This document shows, piece by piece, positions 57,024 through 64,000 of a stretch of DNA of 64,000 nt (the stretch's first letter is position 1; each line of letters starts with the position of its first letter). The DNA comes from Eubacteriales bacterium (GTDB lineage: Bacteria; Bacillota; Clostridia; Oscillospirales; UMGS1783). The notes under the pieces are model-generated. The model was not told the origin of the DNA. It did not search any database and worked only from the letters and a program-made list of their open reading frames with translations. The stretch lies in assembly GCA_045595395.1 (NCBI GenBank), contig JAZOAH010000010.1, positions 32,000 to 95,999 of the forward strand, written 5' to 3'. A program made the translations under genes and the position numbers.

Positions 57024-58295
57024 ATGGATATTTTCGGTAACGGAATGATCTCGGTAAACGGAGTCGCATTCCTGGTTTTCTGCGTGCTGGCCATTGCCGC
57101 TGTCGGCTATGCGCTGGGCCGCATCACCGTCAAGGGCGTCAGCCTGGGCGATTCGGGCGTATTCATCATCGCTCTGGTCTTCGGCTGCCTGTTCTTCCCT
57201 CAGTTGTCTTCGGCATTGGGTGGAGATAAGTTTACCACGGATGCGCTTAAACTGGTCGAAAATCTCGGTCTGATCCTGTTCGTGACCTCGGTCGGCTTCA
57301 TTGCCGGACCTAAATTCTTCGGCAATTTGAAGAAGAACTTCAAGTCCTATGTGTTGATCGGGTTGGTTATCATTGCCATCGGCGCATTGGCTGCCGTCTC
57401 CTGCATTTATGTGGGTGTGGCCATTGAGCCGGACAAGAGCATGGAAGAGATGGCTGCGATGGTCGTCGGCCTGCTCTCCGGTTCGCTGACCTCGACCCCC
57501 GCCTTCTCGGCGGCTAAGGCGACCGTTCTTCCCGAGTTGGAAGGTCTGGTCACCGTCGGTCATGCCATCTCCTATATCTTCGGCGTGCTGGGCGTCGTAC
57601 TCTTTGTGCAGTTGATCCCCAAGATGTGCAAGGCCAACATGGAGGAAGAGCGTGCCAAACTGGTATCGGTTGAAACCAGCGGCAAGGTACGCAAGGCGGT
57701 GGAGAATCTGATTCATATGGACGAGTTCGGCATCATGCCCTTTGCGCTGGCTGCCGTACTGGGCGTGCTGGTCGGATCGCTTAAAATTCCTCTGTCGGGC
57801 GAAGGTTGGACGGCACTCTTTGCCGGCCAAAAGATCGTAGGCTCTACCTTCTCTCTGACCTCGACCGGCGGCTGTCTGCTTATGTCGCTCATCTTCGGCC
57901 ACTTCGGCCGTATCGGTCGTGTCAACATCATGCCCAAGGATTCCCTACTCAAAGTCTTCCGTGAGTTTGGCTTGATCCTCTTCCTCATCGGTGCCGGTGT
58001 GGCCGGTGGTGCGGAATTCATCAATGTATTCAAGCCCGTCTACTTCGTTTACGGCGTGTGGATGACCATCCTGCCTATGATCATTGGCTATTTCTTTGCC
58101 AGATATGTGCTCAAACTCAGCCTGCTCAACAATCTGGGTTCGATCACCGGCGGTATGACCTCTACCCCTGCGCTGGGTACGCTCATCAACGTAGCCGGTA
58201 CCGAGGATGTGGCCGGTGCCTATGCCGCTACCTATCCCGTGGCACTGATTGCGGTGGTGCTGTCCTCGCAGTTGCTCATTACCATTTTCCGCTAA
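57024..58295 (+). CDS. AspT/YidE (AAE) family transporter, candidate succinate exporter
   Basis: GVSLG, GLILF...GFIAGPKFF, GSLTSTPA, REFGLILFL, GGMTSTPAL, YAATYP. Confidence 0.8.
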   Translation: MDIFGNGMISVNGVAFLVFCVLAIAAVGYALGRITVKGVSLGDSGVFIIALVFGCLFFPQLSSALGGDKFTTDALKLVENLGLILFVTSVGFIAGPKFFGNLKKNFKSYVLIGLVIIAIGALAAVSCIYVGVAIEPDKSMEEMAAMVVGLLSGSLTSTPAFSAAKATVLPELEGLVTVGHAISYIFGVLGVVLFVQLIPKMCKANMEEERAKLVSVETSGKVRKAVENLIHMDEFGIMPFALAAVLGVLVGSLKIPLSGEGWTALFAGQKIVGSTFSLTSTGGCLLMSLIFGHFGRIGRVNIMPKDSLLKVFREFGLILFLIGAGVAGGAEFINVFKPVYFVYGVWMTILPMIIGYFFARYVLKLSLLNNLGSITGGMTSTPALGTLINVAGTEDVAGAYAATYPVALIAVVLSSQLLITIFR

Positions 58296-58299
58296 ACAT

Positions 58300-58330
58300 A
58301 AAAGGAGCAAGTAATACTTGCTCCTTTTTT
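58300..58330 (+). terminator. Intrinsic terminator ending the mdh-to-transporter operon
   Basis: AAAAGGAGCAAGT-AAT-ACTTGCTCCTTTTTT. Confidence 0.85.
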
Positions 58331-58370
58331 ATTTCTGTGGTATGATGGTAACAGAAAAGAGGTTTGCCAA

Positions 58371-60161
58371 ATGAAAAACCTGAAAAATTGGATGATCAAA
58401 CGGCTGCAGGGCGTCGGTACGGTCTTTATGAGTTTGCCGGCCGTTGTTGCCTTTTTACTGTTTGCCGCCATCGCCGCCGTCATGAGGATCGGTGCGCTGG
58501 GCGAGATCGAATTGATCGACAACCTGTTTTTGACCTTTGTCGTCGGGGCGGTCAGCAATTTACTGCTGATGCTGCTGATCCGCCGACGGGAAGGCAACGG
58601 CGGATGGCAGTTGGCCATTACCGGCATCGGCATTATCGTGCCCTGCGGTGTGTTTTTGTTGCTGTACGGCATGGAGGATGTGACTGGGCTTTGGGAAGCC
58701 CGCATCGTTGTGATGATCGCTGTTATGCTGCTCGGTATCGTGTGGCTGCTGTGCAAACGCCAGTCCTGCGGCATCACTGTGGCGACCTGGCTGCTGCTGC
58801 GTCGGCTTCTGGTCGGCGTTGTCTTTGGCGGGCTCTTTTTTGTCACCTGCGTCACGACCGGGTTTTTAGCGTCGATGATCGTCGGCATGACTATGACGTC
58901 CGAAGTGATATGGCAGTTGCTGGTCTTTGCCGCATTTATCTGTCTGCTGTTTGTGCTGCGTGCCTTTGTTGACTCGTCAGGTGTGCCGCAACAGAACGAA
59001 AGCGCCGGATATCGGCAGACGATGGAAAAGGTCGTATCCTACATCCTGATTCCGCTGGTGCTGTGCTTCTTTGTGGTCGAGCTGCTGCTTATTGTGCGTG
59101 CGGTCATCTACAACAATTGGCCGGAGGCGGTCGATACCTTTTCCCGCATGGCCGTCCTGCTGGGGACGGGTGTCTTGACCTATCTGCTGTGTAATCGGTT
59201 TGCCAATCGGTTTTGTCGGTTTTATCGGGTGTTTTTCCCCTGCGCAGGGCTGCTGCTCTTGGGCGTGGGCGCCTGGCGGCTGATCCGACTGATCATTCAG
59301 TACGGTATGACCGAAAATCGGTATATGGTCTTGGTCGGAGTGCTGGTCTTTGCCCTTTTCCTGATCTTTATGTTAACCGACTCGGCCGAAAAGGGACGGT
59401 TGGCCTGCCTGGTTCTGTCGGTCTTTTTGATCCTGTCGGTGCTGCCCTTTGTCAATTACCATACCGTGTCGGCCTATTCCCAGATGGCACGGGCCGAGAA
59501 CATTATGGAACGTTACAACATGCTGGCCGACGACGGCATTCGCCCGCCGGCCGCCATGAATGAACATGATCGGCTGGAACTGTCCCGTGCTGTCCAGTAT
59601 CTGTACGATCAAAAGGAAACGGCCATGGCCAAATGGCTGCCGATCTATTTTAATTTTTACGAGGACTACGCCGAAGTTTTCGGTGTGGCGGGCGAGTTTG
59701 ATGCCACCGGCCAAAGCACGCTGGTGGCCAAGACCTATTTGGGCTTGCTGGCGGATAAATATTATCAGACCGACGGTTATGACATTGTGCTGACCAACTA
59801 TACCACCTATAATCTTCTGAATTTTACCGCACAGGACATTGCGGGAATCAAGGGCGTGTATACTGTTCGGTTTTCGCAGGTGGCAGGCGACAGTCTGGTT
59901 GCCGTCGTAACACGGGACGGACAGACGGTGGCCGAGGCCGATGTGACCGACCAGTTGCTGGCAACGGCACAGTATTTGGGCAAAAACGCATCGAACGAAA
60001 ACGAATCGGTATCCATGCCGCTGGAACAGATGACGGTTCAGTTTGAATCGGACGACATTCGGGTGCGGGTGGTACTCAAAAGCGTTTCGGTGACGGCAGA
60101 CAGAATTTCCCGTGGATTGTCTACCGCTCTTACTGATATAATACTCATAGACGAAAAATAG
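58371..60161 (+). CDS. DUF4153-like polytopic membrane protein
   Basis: Many TM segments, YILIPL, QYGMTENRY, SAYSQMAR, soluble C-terminal domain. Confidence 0.7.
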   Translation: MKNLKNWMIKRLQGVGTVFMSLPAVVAFLLFAAIAAVMRIGALGEIELIDNLFLTFVVGAVSNLLLMLLIRRREGNGGWQLAITGIGIIVPCGVFLLLYGMEDVTGLWEARIVVMIAVMLLGIVWLLCKRQSCGITVATWLLLRRLLVGVVFGGLFFVTCVTTGFLASMIVGMTMTSEVIWQLLVFAAFICLLFVLRAFVDSSGVPQQNESAGYRQTMEKVVSYILIPLVLCFFVVELLLIVRAVIYNNWPEAVDTFSRMAVLLGTGVLTYLLCNRFANRFCRFYRVFFPCAGLLLLGVGAWRLIRLIIQYGMTENRYMVLVGVLVFALFLIFMLTDSAEKGRLACLVLSVFLILSVLPFVNYHTVSAYSQMARAENIMERYNMLADDGIRPPAAMNEHDRLELSRAVQYLYDQKETAMAKWLPIYFNFYEDYAEVFGVAGEFDATGQSTLVAKTYLGLLADKYYQTDGYDIVLTNYTTYNLLNFTAQDIAGIKGVYTVRFSQVAGDSLVAVVTRDGQTVAEADVTDQLLATAQYLGKNASNENESVSMPLEQMTVQFESDDIRVRVVLKSVSVTADRISRGLSTALTDIILIDEK

Positions 60162-60172
60162 GAGGACATACC

Positions 60173-60469
60173 ATGAGTAACGAATACGGAAACGATATCA
60201 TCGGCCTTGTCGATGAGGAGGGCAACGAGTCCAGCTATGAAATGATCGATGCACTTGAACGTGACGGGGTCACCTATGTTGCGCTGCTTCCCTTCAGCGA
60301 GGATCCCGAAGAGCAACTGGATGAGGATTATCAGGTGATGATCCTGAAGATGGTGCCCGATGAGAATGGGGAAGACATGCTGCTGAGCCTGGACAGCGAA
60401 GAGGAGTTCAACGAGGTCTGGGCGGCCTTTGAAGATCGTCTAAGCGACGATTACGAGATCGTAAACTAA
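60173..60469 (+). CDS. DUF1292 family acidic protein
   Basis: LVDEEGNE...YVALLP...ILK...EEEFNEV...FE pattern; AGGAGG RBS. Confidence 0.85.
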   Translation: MSNEYGNDIIGLVDEEGNESSYEMIDALERDGVTYVALLPFSEDPEEQLDEDYQVMILKMVPDENGEDMLLSLDSEEEFNEVWAAFEDRLSDDYEIVN

Positions 60470-60471
60470 GC

Positions 60472-60667
60472 GTCATCCTGCCCGGTACGAGAAATCGGCA
60501 TCATGAACCTACATTTCGTTAAAGGGAGTCCGTCCGTGCTGTTGCCCTGCGTGCAGGCCTCCCGCCTTACAAGGGCGGACGTTGGAAGCCCATAAAGCAA
60601 CGCCGGGACACCCACCTGCTCACAAGCGGGTCAGAACTGCCGGTGGAACGGCCCATGGTGGGATGAC
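60472..60667 (+). ncRNA. ssrS: 6S RNA
   Basis: Closing stem GTCATCC/GGATGAC, about 196 nt; TGAACCT, GGGAG, CACCCACCT and GCGGGTCA elements typical of Firmicute 6S; followed by a terminator. Confidence 0.8.
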
Positions 60668-60668
60668 C

Positions 60669-60706
60669 AAAAAACCACATCCTTCGAAAGAAGGATGTGG
60701 TTTTTT
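60669..60706 (+). terminator. Intrinsic terminator after 6S RNA
   Basis: AAAAAACCACATCCTTC-GAAA-GAAGGATGTGGTTTTTT. Confidence 0.9.
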
Positions 60707-60761
60707 GGAAAGTAATAAGTAATAGTGAATAGTGAAAAAGTAAAAGGTTGATGTGGGAGCA

Positions 60762-61784
60762 TCAACCTTTTAGATATGTTTGATATAAATAATTGGTGAC
60801 GGTGTAGCGGGCGGCCGAGGTGGAGGCGCCGAAGACGCCGATGATGACGGTCTTGCCGTCTTGGGCAAAGGCGGAAAGCAGGCAGTTGCCGGCCGGGCCG
60901 GTGGTGCCGGTCTTAAAACCGATGCAGTAGGGGTTGTAGTAGGCTGACGAGGCATACAGCAACTGATTGGAGTTGCGCCAGCCGGAGGCCGAGGTCTTTT
61001 TGACGATGCTCATCACCGTCGCATTACGCTTGCAGAGGATGGCCAGCGTCAGCAGATCCTGCATGCAGGAATAGTGGCCGGAGGCGTGAAAGCCGTCGGG
61101 ATTTTTGAAATAGGAATTGTTCAGCCCGTTTCTTTGTGCCCAGGCATTCATCTCGGCCACAAAGGCATGTACGGCGGCACGGGTATCGGCGGCACTGGGA
61201 TCAATGATCTTGCCGACATGGGCGGCCAGCGTGTAGGAGGCGTCACAACCGGAGGGCAGCAACATGCCGGCCAACAACTGGGCTACGGTATAACTTTTCC
61301 CCTTTTGCAGATAGGCGCTGGAGGCATTGGCCGCCACCATCGACAGCTCATCGCCAACGGTGCAGACACGGTCGGTCGAGGCATATTCCAGTACGACCAG
61401 CGCCGTGACCAGTTTGGTGATGCTGGCCGGATAGAGAGCATCGTACATGCCGCCCTGGTTAAAGACCAGCCCCTTGGCATAATCGTAAACAAAGGCCTGC
61501 CTGGCCGCAACCGTCGAAGCCGAGGGCGTTGAGGGGACGGCAGGGGGGACGGGTTTGGGAGCCGGCGGCGTGTAGCCCGGCTCGGTGACGGCATGCCGTG
61601 TTTTATTGGCGGCGTTGGATACCGTTTGGGGGAGCCGATAGGACGGAGTCAGCGCCGAAAGCCGCTGGACGGAGGTGCTCTTTTCATGATGCAGTTGTGC
61701 TGAGGCAGCGGCGCATCCGCTCGTGATGAGCAACAGCCCGATCAACGCAGCGGCGCACAGCCGTTTGAAAAGATGTCGTTTCAT
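60762..61784 (-). CDS. Peptidase S11 penicillin-binding lipoprotein (DD-carboxypeptidase/transpeptidase)
   Basis: Lipobox-like ITSGC, Pro-rich linker, PASITK (SxxK), SGC, NPDG, FKTG. Confidence 0.85.
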   Translation of the reverse strand: MKRHLFKRLCAAALIGLLLITSGCAAASAQLHHEKSTSVQRLSALTPSYRLPQTVSNAANKTRHAVTEPGYTPPAPKPVPPAVPSTPSASTVAARQAFVYDYAKGLVFNQGGMYDALYPASITKLVTALVVLEYASTDRVCTVGDELSMVAANASSAYLQKGKSYTVAQLLAGMLLPSGCDASYTLAAHVGKIIDPSAADTRAAVHAFVAEMNAWAQRNGLNNSYFKNPDGFHASGHYSCMQDLLTLAILCKRNATVMSIVKKTSASGWRNSNQLLYASSAYYNPYCIGFKTGTTGPAGNCLLSAFAQDGKTVIIGVFGASTSAARYTVTNYLYQTYLKG

Positions 61785-61899
61785 GCTCTCAGTATAGCCT
61801 ATTTCGACGCAGTTGTCAAAAGAATTGAGGCGCAACCCCTTGTCAATGGGCCAAAATCATAGTATAATAACAAGAAAATGTCTTTTTGCGGAGGAAATT

Positions 61900-63336
61900 A
61901 TGGCAAAAGAAAAGCTTGTGCGTGAGATCACCTCGATGGACGAGGATTTTGCGCAGTGGTACACCGATATTGTAAAAAAGGCGGATCTGATCGACTATTC
62001 CAGCGTGCGTGGCTGCATGATCTTCCGTCCATACGGCTATGCCATTTGGGAGAACATCCAGCGCATCCTGGACGGCATGTTCAAGGCGACCGGCCATGAA
62101 AATGTCTATATGCCCATGTTCATTCCCGAAAGCCTGCTGCAGAAGGAGAAGGATCATGTCGAGGGCTTTGCGCCCGAGGTGGCCTGGGTCACCCACGGCG
62201 GCAGCGAGAAGCTGAGCGAGCGCATGTGCGTGCGCCCCACCTCCGAAACGCTTTTCTGCGATCATTATAAGAATATCATCCATTCTTGGCGTGATCTGCC
62301 CATGCTGTATAATCAGTGGTGCAGCGTGGTGCGTTGGGAGAAGACCACCCGCCCCTTCTTGCGTAACTGCGAGTTCCTGTGGCAGGAGGGTCATACCATG
62401 CACGCCACCAAGGAAGAGGCGGTGGCCGAGACCGAGCAGATGTTAAACATCTATGCCGATTTCGCCGAGAAGAGCTTGGCCATTCCGGTGGTCAAGGGCC
62501 GCAAGACCGAGAGCGAGAAATTCGCCGGTGCGGAAGCCACTTATACCATTGAAGCGCTCATGCACGACGGTAAAGCGCTCCAGAGCGGCACCTCGCATTT
62601 CTTCGGTGACGGCTTTGCCCGTGCCTTTAATATTACCTATTCGGATAAGGAAAATAAACAGCAGTATCCCTTCCAGACTTCTTGGGGTGTGTCCACCCGT
62701 ATCATCGGCGCTATCATCATGACCCATGGCGACGATAACGGTCTGGTGCTGCCGCCGGCCGTTGCCCCCATTCAGGTGGTGGTCATCCCGGTGGCCCAGC
62801 ATAAGGAGGGCGTATTGGATAAGGCCTATGAACTGCTCAACACCCTCAAGGCCGCCGGCATCCGTGCCAAGATCGACGACAGCGACAACTCGACCGGCTG
62901 GAAGTTCTCCGAGTACGAGATGAAGGGCGTGCCCCTGCGTCTGGAGATCGGGCCTCGTGATATGGAGCAGGATCAGTGCGTCATCGTTCGTCGTGACAAC
63001 CGTGAGAAGACGGTCGTTGCGCTGAGCGAATTGACCACGGCGGTGCCCAAACTGCTTAACGATCTGCATGAAGGTCTGTACAAGGCCGCCAAGGAGCGCA
63101 CCGAGCGCATGACCTACGATGCCCATTCGATGGATGAACTTAAAGATATTGCCGCCAACAAGCCCGGTTTCATCCGTGCCATGTGGTGCGGCGATCCCGA
63201 ATGTGAAAAGAAGCTTAAGGATGAGGCGGGCGTTTCCTCCCGTTGCATGCCCTTTGATGCCGAGGCGATCGGCGACACCTGCGTCTGCTGCGGTAAAAAA
63301 GCAAAGGCTCTGACCTATTGGGGCAAGGCCTATTAA
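61900..63336 (+). CDS. proS: Proline--tRNA ligase (archaeal/eukaryotic type)
   Basis: [47 protein letters not shown]-terminal Cys cluster and terminal Tyr. Confidence 0.96.
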   Translation: MAKEKLVREITSMDEDFAQWYTDIVKKADLIDYSSVRGCMIFRPYGYAIWENIQRILDGMFKATGHENVYMPMFIPESLLQKEKDHVEGFAPEVAWVTHGGSEKLSERMCVRPTSETLFCDHYKNIIHSWRDLPMLYNQWCSVVRWEKTTRPFLRNCEFLWQEGHTMHATKEEAVAETEQMLNIYADFAEKSLAIPVVKGRKTESEKFAGAEATYTIEALMHDGKALQSGTSHFFGDGFARAFNITYSDKENKQQYPFQTSWGVSTRIIGAIIMTHGDDNGLVLPPAVAPIQVVVIPVAQHKEGVLDKAYELLNTLKAAGIRAKIDDSDNSTGWKFSEYEMKGVPLRLEIGPRDMEQDQCVIVRRDNREKTVVALSELTTAVPKLLNDLHEGLYKAAKERTERMTYDAHSMDELKDIAANKPGFIRAMWCGDPECEKKLKDEAGVSSRCMPFDAEAIGDTCVCCGKKAKALTYWGKAY

Positions 63337-63346
63337 GGAGAAGACT

Positions 63347-64000
63347 ATGTATAAGAAGATCGGTACAACATGCGTACAGGGCGGCTACCGCCCCGGCAAT
63401 GGTGAGCCCCGTCAGGTGCCCATCATTCAGTCAACCACCTTTAAGTATAACACCAGTGACGATATGGGAAAGCTCTTCGACCTGGAAGCCAGCGGCTATT
63501 TCTATTCCCGCCTGCAGAATCCGACGGTCGATATGGTAGCGGCCAAGATCTGCGAGATGGAGGGCGGTACCGCCGCCATGCTCACCTCGTCGGGTATGGC
63601 TGCCTCTTTCCTGGCCGTCTTTAATCTGTGCTCCTGCGGCGATCATTTCGTTTCCTCGTCCACCATCTACGGCGGTACCTTCAATCTGTTCAATGTTACG
63701 CTCAAGCGCATGGGCATTGATTGCACCTTCGTTTCGCCCGATGCCGATGAGGAGGAGCTGGCCAAGGCCTTCCGTCCCAACACCAAGCTGGTCTTTGGCG
63801 AAACGATCGCCAACCCGGCTCTGAAGGTGCTGGATATTGAGAAATTTGCCCGTGTGGCCCACGCCCATGGCGTGCCGCTGATCATCGACAATACCTTCCC
63901 CACGCCCGTAAACTGCCGTCCCTTTGAGTTTGGTGCTGATATCATCGTTCATGCCACCACCAAGTATATGGACGGTCACGGCAGTGCCGTCGGCGGTGCC
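63347..64000 (+). CDS. metY: O-acetylhomoserine aminocarboxypropyltransferase / cysteine synthase (3' end outside the window; absent from the ORF track)
   Basis: AAGGAG RBS; hand translation MYKKIGTTCVQGG...PIIQSTTF...FYSRLQNPT...SSGMAA...IYGGT...ETIANP...DNTF...HATTKYMDGHG. Confidence 0.9.
   Translation, partial: MYKKIGTTCVQGGYRPGNGEPRQVPIIQSTTFKYNTSDDMGKLFDLEASGYFYSRLQNPTVDMVAAKICEMEGGTAAMLTSSGMAASFLAVFNLCSCGDHFVSSSTIYGGTFNLFNVTLKRMGIDCTFVSPDADEEELAKAFRPNTKLVFGETIANPALKVLDIEKFARVAHAHGVPLIIDNTFPTPVNCRPFEFGADIIVHATTKYMDGHGSAVGGA

Noticed and set aside
61840..61899. T-box upstream of proS, or SAM riboswitch upstream of metY
   Set aside because: The proS promoter TTGTCA-17-TATAAT leaves about 25 nt of leader, and metY starts 10 bp after proS; there is no room

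Overview
Chromosomal window from a high-GC anaerobic Firmicute (Clostridia, probably Oscillospirales-like; inferred from gene content and sigma-A promoter style). Left to right: (1) a rare-sugar catabolic locus (fucose-isomerase-like, GatZ/KbaZ-like, two ROK kinases, GH2, ROK repressor, DeoC-like aldolase); (2) ktrBA and several single genes; (3) a complete 9-gene Phe/Tyr operon with a divergent TetR; (4) housekeeping hprK-murB-rapZ-whiA-dnaE-pfkA, rpmB, tal; (5) an AT-rich segment next to tRNA-Glu/tRNA-Met carrying a non-cellulosomal cohesin-dockerin surface pair, an XRE regulator and an unexplained array of mini-hairpins; (6) a GGGtGRT pair and an ibrAB-like pair; (7) a 12-gene operon mdh-fumC-hdrBCA-flxDCBA-frdBA-exporter that looks like a soluble electron-bifurcating fumarate-reduction/succinate module, preceded by a structured 5' leader; (8) 6S RNA, an SGC-type penicillin-binding lipoprotein, proS and a truncated metY. 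The strongest candidates for a little-described system are the Hdr-Flx-fumarate reductase operon with its leader RNA, the cohesin-dockerin pair and the hairpin array. All family calls come from motif recognition by eye; no database search was run.
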